This document shows, piece by piece, positions 9,435-18,958 of a stretch of 64,000 nucleotides of DNA. The stretch covers positions 173,100 through 237,099 of the forward strand of contig CAYTVG010000006.1 in the NCBI GenBank assembly GCA_964441755.1. The letters are read 5' to 3'. Under the pieces are notes generated by a model. That model was given only the letters and a program-made list of their open reading frames with translations, did no database searches and was not told where the DNA came from. This stretch comes from an uncultured Saprospiraceae bacterium (GTDB taxonomy: Bacteria; Bacteroidota; Bacteroidia; Chitinophagales; Saprospiraceae). How positions within the stretch are numbered: position 1 is the stretch's first letter; every line of letters starts with the position of its first letter. A program made the position numbers and the translations under genes.

Positions 9435-12065
9435 ATGATGAAGGCCAGTGAAATCCGGCAACAGTTTTTGGATTTCTTCCGCGACAAGCAGCATAAGATT
9501 GTACCCTCTGCGCCCATCGTCAACAGGGAAGACCCCACGCTGATGTTTACCAATGCAGGCATGAACCAGTTCAAGGATTTTTTCCTTGGCAATGCCACGC
9601 CTGACAACCCACGTATAGCCGATACGCAAAAATGTATGCGGGTGAGTGGTAAGCACAACGACCTGGAGGATGTTGGCCGTGACGGTACGCACCACACCAT
9701 GTTTGAGATGCTGGGCAACTGGTCGATTGGCGATTATTTCAAGGAGGAGGCACTGAGCTGGTCGTGGGAACTCCTGACCAGCGTTTACGGCATAGCTCCT
9801 GACCGACTGTATGCCACGGTTTTTGGAGGTGACGAGCGGGAAAAATTGCCTGCCGATGATGAGGCGAAAAGCATCTGGCTTCGTTTTTTGCCTGCTGACC
9901 GGGTGCTGTACGGCAATAAGAAAGATAATTTTTGGGAGATGGGCGATACGGGTCCCTGTGGTCCCTGCTCAGAAATACATGTAGACCTGCGGTCGGACGA
10001 GGAGCGTGCAGCCCAGCCCGGGCATTTGCTGGTCAACACCGACCATCCGCGGGTGATTGAAATCTGGAACAACGTATTTATCCAGTTCAACCGCAAAGCC
10101 GACGGTCAGTTGGAGGCGCTACCGGCCAGCCACGTAGATACGGGAATGGGCTTTGAACGCCTTTGCATGGTGCTGCAGGGCAAGACAGCGACCTATGATA
10201 CCGATATATTTACGCCTCTCATCCGTTTCATTGAGCAGGTATCCGGCAAGCAATACACGGCCAGCTACGCCCCTGAGGCCAAGAGTGATATGGCTATGCG
10301 GGTTGTTGCCGACCACATTCGGGCGGTAGCTTTCACCATTGCCGATGGCCAGCTGCCCGCCAGTGGCGGTGCGGGCTATGTCGTCCGGCGCATCCTGCGC
10401 CGTGCGGTGCGCTATTACTACTCCTTCCTCAACATCCGCGAGCCCTTCCTGCACCGGCTCATCGCGGTGCTGGCGCAGGAGATGGGCAGCTGCTTTCCTG
10501 AGCTTGCACAGCAGCGCGAGCAGGTGGCCCGCATCATTGAAGGCGAAGAAAAAGCTTTCCTGCATACACTTGAAAATGGTTTGCACCGCTTTGATGCGCT
10601 GCAAATAACCGATGGGCAGATCAACGGACAGGATGCTTTTGAACTATACGATACCTTTGGCTTTCCCATTGACCTCACCCGACTGCTGGCTACCGAAAAA
10701 GGCCTTACCGTCGATGAAGCAGGCTTTGAAAAAGCACTGCAGCAGCAAAAAGAGCGCTCCCGCGCTGATGCTGCCAAGGAGGTGGGCGACTGGACTGTTC
10801 TACATGAACACGAGAGCGTACATTTCGAGGGCTATGATCAGCTGATTGTCTACCAGGCGCAGATCATCAAGTACCGGACTGTAAAAATCAAAGGCCAGGA
10901 CAGCTACCAATTGGTGCTCAATCATACACCTTTTTATGCTGAAAGCGGCGGCCAGACAGGCGATACAGGCGAGCTGTTTGTGGGTGCTGAAAGAATAGAA
11001 GTGGTGGATACACAAAAAGAGAATGACCTCATCATTCATTTGGTCAACCAGCTGCCGACCAATCCGGGGCTGCCTGTCACCGCTTCCGTGCATGCAACGC
11101 GCCGAAGGGCAATTTCCTGTCACCACAGTGCTGTACACCTCATGCATGCTGCCCTGCACGAAGTGCTGGGGCCACACGCACTCCAAAAAGGTCAGGACGT
11201 CACTGACGAGCGCCTGCGCTTCGACTTCTCGCACTTCCAAAAAGTTACTGAAGAGGAGCTCACGCGCATTGAGCAGATCGTCAACCGCAAAATTCGGGAA
11301 AATATAGCGCTCGACGAGCGCCGCAACGTACCCATTGACGAGGCCCGGCAGTCGGGTGCTATGATGCTTTTCGGTGAAAAATACGGTGAGTTTGTGCGCA
11401 TCATCACCTTTGACGCCGGTTTTTCGGTAGAACTCTGTGGCGGTACACATGTCACTTCAACGGGTGAGATCGGCTTGTTCCGGATCGTCTCTGAAGGTGC
11501 TGTGGCTGCCGGTATCCGCCGTATTGAGGCGGTAGCAGCAGATGCTGCCGAGCAGTGGCTCAATGACCAGCTCGCCGACCTGCAGGAAATCCGGCAACTG
11601 CTGCGGCAGCCGCGGCAGGCAGCCCGGGCGGTTGAAGCCTTACAGGAAGAAGTACGGCAGCTGCGGAAAGAAAAAGAACAGTTGCAGACAGCACAGGCGG
11701 CAGGTCTCAAAGACCAGCTGCTCAGCCAGTTTACCCAACTACCCGATTTCAAAATTCTCGCAGCCCGAGTACCTGTTGCTGATGCCAACGCCATCAAAAC
11801 GCTGGCTTTCCAGCTCGAAAAAGAGGCGGCACCGGCAGCCATCCTGCTTGGCAATGAGAGCGATGGTAAGCCTATGCTCACCCTCATCCTTTCCAAATCA
11901 CTGTCCGACAGTGGTGCACTCAATGCCTCCCAGCTCATTCGCGAGCTGGCCAAAGACATTCAGGGCGGCGGCGGCGGCCAACCCTTCTTTGCAACAGCAG
12001 GTGGAAAAAATCTCAGCGGACTGGACAGCGCGCTGGCCAGGTTTGCTGCGGTACTTCAGCCTTAG
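9435..12065 (+). CDS. alaS: Alanine--tRNA ligase
   Basis: 876 aa; FLDFFRDKQHKIVPSAP, FTNAGMNQFK, HHTMFEMLGNWS, the editing-domain HSAVHLMHAAL motif and a C-terminal DHHA1-like region. Confidence 0.97.
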   Translation: MMKASEIRQQFLDFFRDKQHKIVPSAPIVNREDPTLMFTNAGMNQFKDFFLGNATPDNPRIADTQKCMRVSGKHNDLEDVGRDGTHHTMFEMLGNWSIGDYFKEEALSWSWELLTSVYGIAPDRLYATVFGGDEREKLPADDEAKSIWLRFLPADRVLYGNKKDNFWEMGDTGPCGPCSEIHVDLRSDEERAAQPGHLLVNTDHPRVIEIWNNVFIQFNRKADGQLEALPASHVDTGMGFERLCMVLQGKTATYDTDIFTPLIRFIEQVSGKQYTASYAPEAKSDMAMRVVADHIRAVAFTIADGQLPASGGAGYVVRRILRRAVRYYYSFLNIREPFLHRLIAVLAQEMGSCFPELAQQREQVARIIEGEEKAFLHTLENGLHRFDALQITDGQINGQDAFELYDTFGFPIDLTRLLATEKGLTVDEAGFEKALQQQKERSRADAAKEVGDWTVLHEHESVHFEGYDQLIVYQAQIIKYRTVKIKGQDSYQLVLNHTPFYAESGGQTGDTGELFVGAERIEVVDTQKENDLIIHLVNQLPTNPGLPVTASVHATRRRAISCHHSAVHLMHAALHEVLGPHALQKGQDVTDERLRFDFSHFQKVTEEELTRIEQIVNRKIRENIALDERRNVPIDEARQSGAMMLFGEKYGEFVRIITFDAGFSVELCGGTHVTSTGEIGLFRIVSEGAVAAGIRRIEAVAADAAEQWLNDQLADLQEIRQLLRQPRQAARAVEALQEEVRQLRKEKEQLQTAQAAGLKDQLLSQFTQLPDFKILAARVPVADANAIKTLAFQLEKEAAPAAILLGNESDGKPMLTLILSKSLSDSGALNASQLIRELAKDIQGGGGGQPFFATAGGKNLSGLDSALARFAAVLQP

Positions 12066-12078
12066 TGCTCGCTAAACG

Positions 12079-12165
12079 ACAGCCTTTTATTTTTTCCGAA
12101 AAAAATAAAAGGCTGTTCACGAAAAAGGGTGTTGGCAGCGGAAGCTGCCAACACCCTTTTTCGTG
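12079..12165. terminator. Two consecutive perfect hairpins between convergent alaS and the S41 protease gene (bidirectional terminators)
   Basis: About 17-bp AT-rich stem at 12079-12116. A 22-bp perfect stem CACGAAAAAGGGTGTTGGCAGC-GGAA-GCTGCCAACACCCTTTTTCGTG at 12118-12165. Confidence 0.6.
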
Positions 12166-12200
12166 ACTTTTGGCGAGACAATGCCACCAAAGCTACTTTA

Positions 12201-13847
12201 CTAGTTGGTTGCCCCTGCAGAGAGAACACCTTGGTAACGATGCGGATCAGACAAAATACTGATCGCCTCGCGCACCTCCTTGTCATTGCGCAACCCTATC
12301 TGTACTTTGCCGCGCTGATAGTAGTAGCGCCCGGCTATCTCTTTCTCTATCAGATCTGTAATGATTTCGCGATGACTCTGCAACTCTGTACGCTGCGCAA
12401 AATCGATGCGCGCCTGCAGCGCTGCCAGCTCCTCTGCAGCCTGTACCCCCTCTGAGGCAAGCGCTGTCGTTACTTTTTTCAATATCTTCTCTGATTCGCT
12501 GTCGTATACAAATTGGCGGCTGCGCAGCCAGGAATCAAAGTCGGAGAAATCCGTAAATTTGAAGCGGTCGACCGAGTCAATTTCCGGGTGGCGTAGCACC
12601 CAATTGGTCACATAATCGAAGATCATGTGATCTTCCACCAAAGTTTTGACAATTCCCTCCTGGTAGGGAGGAGGCAGTACGATGTCGGGCTTCACCCCAC
12701 CGCCATCGAGGACAACGCGGCCTGCTTCCGTCCGAAACTGTGCCCTGCGGGCATCCGGAATCTCAACCGGTTCACCATTTTCGTATTCGACACTCTGAAT
12801 ACAGCGGCCGCTGGGGATATAATACTTAGAGGTCGTCACCTTCACCCTGGCATTATACCCCACTTCCATAGTATTCTGTACCAATCCTTTACCGTAAGAA
12901 CGCTGCCCAATGAGCACTCCGCGGTCATAATCCTGCACTACCCCGCTGACAATCTCCGAAGCCGAAGCCGAGCGCTTGTTGATTAGGATGGCCAGCGGAA
13001 TGATTGTATCGAAAGGCGTACTCATCGTACGGTACACCATATCGCGCTCTTTGATCTTACCCCGGGTAGACACCACAATCTGCTCGCGGGGAATAAAAAT
13101 ATTACACAAATTAACTGCCTCATGCAGCAACCCACCTCCGTTGTTGCGCAGATCGACGATAACCCCCCGCAGTGCAGGCTGCTGCGCCTTTAGCTCCCTG
13201 AGAGCATTTTCGACGTTTCTGGCGGCATCCGGCGTAAACGTCGACAAGTATATGTAGCCAATACTGTCCGATACCATACCAAAGTAAGGAACGTTCAGTA
13301 CATCCACGTCAGCCCGCACCAAGGTAACATCAAAATCTCCCGGCGCTCCCGGGCGGCGAATCCGCAGTACCACCTTAGAACCCGGAAAACCCCGCATTAC
13401 CTCGTTGAGTTCCTCCATAGATTTGTTGCGGGCGTCGCGGCCATCAACTGCGACAATTTGATCTCCCGGCCGCAGTCCGGCCTTGTCGGCAGGCTGGTCC
13501 TTGTACAATTCCGTGATGGTCACGTAATCCCCTATCTTCTCGCTTACAGCCCCAATACCGTGATAGCGTCCCTCCGTGCTAAAACGATAGCCCTCAATAT
13601 CTGCCTCGCTGATATAATTGGTGAACGGATCCAGTGAGCCCATCATGGCATCAATGCCTGTGCGCATCAGTTTACCCGGATCTATTTCATCCACATAGTT
13701 TGCGTTCAGCTCTTTGTAGACATTGGTAAACAACTCAATATTTTTGAGTATTTCAAAATACTTGTCGTTGGTTTCAGTCAGCGTGAAGGCAGAAGCAAGG
13801 ATTATCAGGGCCAGTAATGCTGGTTTTATGCCAAACACAATTCTCAT
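12201..13847 (-). CDS. S41-family C-terminal processing (tail-specific) peptidase
   Basis: 548 aa; signal peptide, PDZ segment (GLRPGDQIVAVDG), S41 core (RNNGGGLL, SASASEI, GQRSYGKG). Confidence 0.9.
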   Translation of the reverse strand: MRIVFGIKPALLALIILASAFTLTETNDKYFEILKNIELFTNVYKELNANYVDEIDPGKLMRTGIDAMMGSLDPFTNYISEADIEGYRFSTEGRYHGIGAVSEKIGDYVTITELYKDQPADKAGLRPGDQIVAVDGRDARNKSMEELNEVMRGFPGSKVVLRIRRPGAPGDFDVTLVRADVDVLNVPYFGMVSDSIGYIYLSTFTPDAARNVENALRELKAQQPALRGVIVDLRNNGGGLLHEAVNLCNIFIPREQIVVSTRGKIKERDMVYRTMSTPFDTIIPLAILINKRSASASEIVSGVVQDYDRGVLIGQRSYGKGLVQNTMEVGYNARVKVTTSKYYIPSGRCIQSVEYENGEPVEIPDARRAQFRTEAGRVVLDGGGVKPDIVLPPPYQEGIVKTLVEDHMIFDYVTNWVLRHPEIDSVDRFKFTDFSDFDSWLRSRQFVYDSESEKILKKVTTALASEGVQAAEELAALQARIDFAQRTELQSHREIITDLIEKEIAGRYYYQRGKVQIGLRNDKEVREAISILSDPHRYQGVLSAGATN

Positions 13848-14092
13848 AGTAAGTAATTTTAAAACCCAAAATTACAATCAATACGATAAATGTACCACAA
13901 TTGTTTTATCTGCCACAATTGATTTTCACAGAATTGTTTACGCATACTCCTGTCATCAAGCGGCCTGTTTATGTGACAATAAAGCTTAGCGGGCGAGGAA
14001 TTTTACATTCACCCGCTGCTGTCTGCTGATTCTGCAGGCGGCAGCCATCAGACCAGCTAAAATGGCCTGCGACTGCCAGACATCAGGCAGGA

Positions 14093-14860
14093 CTAATCCT
14101 CCAGTAAAAAATCAAGTACCAGTTGTCGCAATGCAGCCGGCTGCTCCGCATGTACCCAATGCCCTGCCCCCTCAATGGTGGCCAGCCGGGCGGCCGGAAA
14201 GCGCTCCTCAACATTCGGCCAGTCGGCAGGCCGGATGTAAGCCGAATTTCCCCCTTTGATGAAAAGGGTAGGTTTGTCATAGGGCTCCCCGGCCGGAATA
14301 TCTGCAAGAATGTCGGCATAATGACTATAGATGGCCGGCAGGTTCATCTTCCAGCCGAGGCTGCCGTCGGGTTGCCTGCTCAGATTTTTGAGCAAAAACT
14401 GCAGCACGGCCGGCTCATGGATGCGCGCCGCCAGCTGTTCTTCTACAAGCTTTCTTTCACCGGCCGAAGACAGATCAACAGACAGCAGGGCGTCGAAAAT
14501 ACTTTCGTGTCCCCCCTGATACTGTTTGGGAGCGATATCGACGACCACCAGTTTATCGACCATATCGGGATACTGCCCGGCAAAGGTCATAGCCGTTTTT
14601 CCCCCCATCGAATGCCCCAGGATGTGCGCGTGGTACATCCAGTGCGACTCCATGAACTGTCGTAAATCTTCAGCCATCAGGGGGTAGGTAATTTCATCAC
14701 GCTGCGGAGATCGGCCATGATTGCGCTGGTCAACGATAAAAACAGTGAAGTGATCAGCCCACTGACGCGCCAATGTCTGCCAATTGTCCAACGATCCGAA
14801 AAGACCATGCAGAATAATGAGCGGGTGGCCTTGCCCGAAGGTTTTATAATTGAGTTCCAT
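14093..14860 (-). CDS. Alpha/beta-fold hydrolase
   Basis: HGLFGS oxyanion region and GHSMGG nucleophile elbow. I prefer the start MELNYKTFG at 14860 over the track start at 14932. Confidence 0.85.
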   Translation of the reverse strand: MELNYKTFGQGHPLIILHGLFGSLDNWQTLARQWADHFTVFIVDQRNHGRSPQRDEITYPLMAEDLRQFMESHWMYHAHILGHSMGGKTAMTFAGQYPDMVDKLVVVDIAPKQYQGGHESIFDALLSVDLSSAGERKLVEEQLAARIHEPAVLQFLLKNLSRQPDGSLGWKMNLPAIYSHYADILADIPAGEPYDKPTLFIKGGNSAYIRPADWPNVEERFPAARLATIEGAGHWVHAEQPAALRQLVLDFLLED

Positions 14861-14955
14861 AAAGCAAAGGTATGGCTTCCCGATGAAACTATAGTGAATA
14901 CGACAATGCAGCCAGTTCAAAAACCGGGCCACATTTCCTGAGCGGCATCAGCCGC

Positions 14956-15675
14956 TCAGGAAATGTGGCGGGGCAGTCCCTCGATCCCCTCCCAACTGCC
15001 CACCATAGCAGTCGGCACAAAGCGCGCGAAGAGCTCCTCCTTATACCAGCCCAATTCTTTGGTTTTTTGGACAACCTCCCTGTGTTGCCGGCTCTTGTAG
15101 GCATACCTGAGCATATCCTCCCCGCTATTCCACAAGCTGAAGGTAGCCTGCTGAATCAGCGGCCACTCTCCCACGCCAATGCTGAGTCTGGCTGCCGGAT
15201 GGTCGTCCAGCGAAGCACTTACTGTACGCGAGTATCGCCAAAAGCGCGCCATTTGTGAGGGATAGATCGTTGCCCGCGTGATGACGGCCACGGGTAGCCG
15301 CGGATCAAAATCTGTGGTTTTGTCAAAAGGCATGCGGCCATCCCAGTAGCCATGCGCAGTAGCTGTCTGCATAAAAAAAGTGCAATGCTCCCGGCTGCGG
15401 CCATCTACCGCCTGCCACCAGGGGTGGGCAGCAAAAAAAGCTTTCGCTTTTTCTATCGTGTCCCACACCCCCAGCAGTGCATAAACACCCCAGTTGGGCC
15501 TGATTCCAAATCCATTGCGGCCCCCACTGCCCATCAGTTTTACAAAGCTGAGGCCATCGACCCCCGCCAAATGGCCGGGACCTATACCCATTTGGGCGAA
15601 TGCCCACCAGCGGGCTGCCAGCCCTTCATAACGCATCAGACTCATGCTGACAACCTGCCCTTGCCCCTGCTCCAT
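14956..15675 (-). CDS. CrtA-like (spheroidene monooxygenase family / DUF3291-like) protein, tentative
   Basis: VVSMSLMRYEG...RWWAFAQMG...FVKLMGSGG..GFGIRPNWGVYALLGVW resembles, from memory, the N-terminus of the CrtA family. The start could be 15708 or 15675. Confidence 0.45.
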   Translation of the reverse strand: MEQGQGQVVSMSLMRYEGLAARWWAFAQMGIGPGHLAGVDGLSFVKLMGSGGRNGFGIRPNWGVYALLGVWDTIEKAKAFFAAHPWWQAVDGRSREHCTFFMQTATAHGYWDGRMPFDKTTDFDPRLPVAVITRATIYPSQMARFWRYSRTVSASLDDHPAARLSIGVGEWPLIQQATFSLWNSGEDMLRYAYKSRQHREVVQKTKELGWYKEELFARFVPTAMVGSWEGIEGLPRHIS

Positions 15676-16091
15676 AAAAATTGATTTGATTGGGAGCGTG
15701 TCCTGCATTTTTTATTCAAGCCCCCTGCGGCTCCTTTCCCGGAGGGCTTCATTTTTTCTCTGGCCGGCAATGCCGGTTGTGCTCCTTTTAAAACGGGCGC
15801 CAAGCGAAAAAAACCTGTTTATCCCCCTGACAGAAACTCCCGAATACATTACATACAGCACAACAAGCCAGTTGCTCAAAGGTTGATATCACCCATACAA
15901 CCTATACCTCCCCTGGCCGAAGCTTTCTCAAAAGGATACAACTTGTGCACAAAATCTTAATAACTGTCGTTATATTTGCTCAGCTGCAGCCCTGGCGCCT
16001 GTATATAGCTTTCGGGCTGTTGCAGCTACTGCCGACTACTGGTCAACCAACAGCCTGCGGCTGCGTTCAACCGACATTTATGCAAGCACTG

Positions 16092-17720
16092 ATGAAGTAC
16101 CTTCTGGCCATCCTCCTTCTACTCGTTGCGAGCGCCGGCATTTTCGCCCAGCAAGCAGTCATAGACGAGTTGCTGACCGACCTTGCCGAAGCACAAACGC
16201 CCAAAGAGAAAATGATCCTGCAGTATGAGCTCTCTGAAGCCTACCTGCGTGTCAACGCCCGCGAGTCCGAATCTTACGGTAAGCAGGCCTACAGTGCCGC
16301 CATCGAACAGGACAACAAAAGTATGGCAGCCCGCTCTGCCTATCAGATAGCGCTGGCATTCGAGCGGCAGCGCGATGAGCGCAATACAGAAGTCTGGCTG
16401 CGTACAGCGCTCAACTATGCCAAGCAGATTGGCGATTCGGATCTTATCATCCGCACGGTTGACAAGCGAAGTCAGTTGTTTACGCGTGAGCGCAACTACC
16501 GCGAAGCCTACCAGATTATGCAGGATGCCTTTAATTATTTTAGCCAAAAAGGCAACAGTATCAGCGATATAGAAGCTCGTTATGAAGCCACCAAAGCACA
16601 GATAGAGCGCGACCGCCGCGAGCTTGAGCGCGAGCGCGACAAGCTTGATTTTGAGGTAAAAAACCTGCGCAGCACGGCCGATCAGCTCAACCGCGACAAG
16701 TCCAGCCTCGAAGCGCGGCAGTCACAGCTGCTGCGGGACAATCAGGAAAAAGAAGTGGCTCTGGCCACCAAATCTGAAGAGCTCGCCAGTGTATCAGAGG
16801 AGCGCCAGCGGGCCGAAATGCAGGCCAAGGCGCGGGGTAAAGAGATTGACCAGATGACAGAGGAAGTTGCCAAGCAGCAGCTTAAACTCAAAGAAAGTGA
16901 GAATGTACTCATACAGACGCAGCTGGACTCCGAGCGCCAAAAGCGAATTACCTCCCTGTCGATTGGCATCGCGGTTGCCGTACTATTACTGGCGCTGTTT
17001 TTTTACGGCCTCTTCCGCGCCAACCGGCGCACTGCGCGACAGCTGAGCGAAAAAAACACACTCATTGAGGCCGAGCGCGAGCGCGCCGACAAGCTGCTGC
17101 TCAACATCCTGCCGCAGTCTATCGCAACCGAACTCAAAGCCACCGGCAGCGCGCGGGCACAAAAATTCGACGAAGTGTCGGTGCTTTTTACCGACTTCAA
17201 AAATTTTACCCGCGTTGCCGAACAGCTAAGCCCGGAAGAGCTGGTCGAGGAGCTCGACCGCTGTTTCAAGGCGTTTGATTCTATTATCAACCAGCATAAG
17301 GATATTGAAAAAATCAAGACCATAGGGGACGCTTATATGTGTGCCAGCGGTCTCAGCGAGCGGCACAGCCTGCCCGGCAACCTCGTCAAATCGGCCCTGG
17401 CCATACAAGACTACCTCGAAGAGTACAAAAAGGACCGTATGCGCCTTGGTAAGCCTTACTTTGAAGCTCGCATAGGTATTCATACCGGCCCTGTTGTAGC
17501 GGGGGTTGTGGGACTCAATAAATTTGTCTACGACATCTGGGGCGATACGGTCAATATTGCAGCCCGCGTTGAAAGTCAGGGAGAAGTAGGCCGTGTCAAC
17601 ATATCGGAGACTACCTACAATCGTATCAAATACGAATTTGACTGTACTTACCGCGGCAAGGTAGAAGCCAAAAACAAGGGTCTGCTCGATATGTACTTCG
17701 TCAACAAACCTATCGCATAA
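16092..17720 (+). CDS. Membrane-anchored class III adenylate/guanylate cyclase with extracytoplasmic TPR and coiled-coil region
   Basis: Signal peptide MKYLLAILLLLVASAGIFAQQ, TPR-like repeats, a ~150-aa coiled coil, TM ITSLSIGIAVAVLLLALFFYGLF, and catalytic motifs VLFTDFKNFT, KTIGDAYMCASGL, GPVVAGVVG, IWGDTVNIAARVES. The ATG at 16092 is preferred over the GTG at 15945. Confidence 0.85.
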   Translation: MKYLLAILLLLVASAGIFAQQAVIDELLTDLAEAQTPKEKMILQYELSEAYLRVNARESESYGKQAYSAAIEQDNKSMAARSAYQIALAFERQRDERNTEVWLRTALNYAKQIGDSDLIIRTVDKRSQLFTRERNYREAYQIMQDAFNYFSQKGNSISDIEARYEATKAQIERDRRELERERDKLDFEVKNLRSTADQLNRDKSSLEARQSQLLRDNQEKEVALATKSEELASVSEERQRAEMQAKARGKEIDQMTEEVAKQQLKLKESENVLIQTQLDSERQKRITSLSIGIAVAVLLLALFFYGLFRANRRTARQLSEKNTLIEAERERADKLLLNILPQSIATELKATGSARAQKFDEVSVLFTDFKNFTRVAEQLSPEELVEELDRCFKAFDSIINQHKDIEKIKTIGDAYMCASGLSERHSLPGNLVKSALAIQDYLEEYKKDRMRLGKPYFEARIGIHTGPVVAGVVGLNKFVYDIWGDTVNIAARVESQGEVGRVNISETTYNRIKYEFDCTYRGKVEAKNKGLLDMYFVNKPIA

Positions 17721-17728
17721 AGCAACGC

Positions 17729-18772
17729 ATGGCATCGTCGGCAAAATGGCTGTTGCTGCCGGTCGTCATCGGCCTGTGGGCTTGCGGCCGTGACAACGAC
17801 CGCCACGTCACTCCTGCTTTTTATCATTGGAAAACCCGACTGCCGGCTGGCGAAGCTGCCCGGCCTGTCGGCGCTCAGCGCCTGTACGTCCGGGCATTTG
17901 ACATTGACCGGGACGAACAGCGGCAGGATGCAGTCCCGCTGGCCATAGTCGAAGGCAGCCGGCATGCGGGCTTGTCAGCACAGGATGTGCCGGTTGTTTT
18001 CATCACTCATCGCACTTTTATTTCGCTTGACAGCCAGCAGCTGCGACAGCTGGCTGTCAGGACGATTGACAAGCTACAATCGCTCTGGCCGGTATGGCCG
18101 CCTGCCGAGCTCCAATTTGACTGTGACTGGACGCCCGCGAGTCGCGAAGCCTATTTTGCATTTCTCCGGCACATCCGCCAGCTCAGCGGACCATCGGTTC
18201 CTCTTTCTGCCACCATCCGCCTGCACCAGTACCGGCAACCTCAGCAGACTGGCCTGCCACCAGTGGACCGGGGCATGCTTATGTACTACAACATGGGCGA
18301 AATTCGCCGCTGGGAAGAGCCCAACTCCATCCTCAACAACCCCGTCGGCCGGCAGTACCTGCAAGCCGACAGCCCCTATCCCCTGCCGCTCGACCTGGCA
18401 TTGCCCCTTTTCAGTTGGGCTGTTGTCTTCCGCGATGGCGAACTCAGCCGGCTGATTACGGAAGCTGACGAAGAATCCCTCAGAACATCCCCCGGCTTTC
18501 GTCCGTTGGGAAATAACCGCTATGAGCGAACTGTCGCAGGTTACTGGAAAGGATACTATCTTTACCGGGGCGACCAGCTACGATTGGAGCAGGTCACTGC
18601 ACCGGAGCTGCTGACGGCAGCGAAAGACCTGCGGCAGGTCGTCAATACAGACAGCTTTCACCTGGCATTTTTTCACCTCGACAGCACCCTCATTGACCGA
18701 CAGGGGGTTGGCCTGCTGCAGACCCTGGTAAAAACGCTGGCACAGCCGGCCGGGGAGCCAAAAATGCGATAG
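17729..18772 (+). CDS. Hypothetical lipoprotein (family not recognised)
   Basis: 347-aa ORF starting 8 nt after the cyclase stop. Lipobox-like LWACG. Confidence 0.6.
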   Translation: MASSAKWLLLPVVIGLWACGRDNDRHVTPAFYHWKTRLPAGEAARPVGAQRLYVRAFDIDRDEQRQDAVPLAIVEGSRHAGLSAQDVPVVFITHRTFISLDSQQLRQLAVRTIDKLQSLWPVWPPAELQFDCDWTPASREAYFAFLRHIRQLSGPSVPLSATIRLHQYRQPQQTGLPPVDRGMLMYYNMGEIRRWEEPNSILNNPVGRQYLQADSPYPLPLDLALPLFSWAVVFRDGELSRLITEADEESLRTSPGFRPLGNNRYERTVAGYWKGYYLYRGDQLRLEQVTAPELLTAAKDLRQVVNTDSFHLAFFHLDSTLIDRQGVGLLQTLVKTLAQPAGEPKMR

Positions 18773-18838
18773 CTTTGTATCGTGCTTACAGCCCCATGGC
18801 CGGATGTACTCAACCTTCGTACAAAAAACTATAGATTT

Positions 18839-18958
18839 GTACCATGCTCACAGCCGGCAGACAATATGAGCCGGTACAATACGATAGAAATGCTATGATC
18901 CGTACCATGCTCACAGCCGGCAGGCCGTATCGGTACACCACAATAGAAACGCTATGAT
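18839..18958 (+). repeat. Tandem ~60-bp duplication (18839-18899 and 18902-18958) overlapping the start codon of the 779-aa ORF
   Basis: GTACCATGCTCACAGCCGGCAG..TAT..GGTACA..A.ATAGAAA.GCTATGAT occurs twice head to tail. Contains a 37-codon upstream ORF (18844-18957). Confidence 0.8.
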
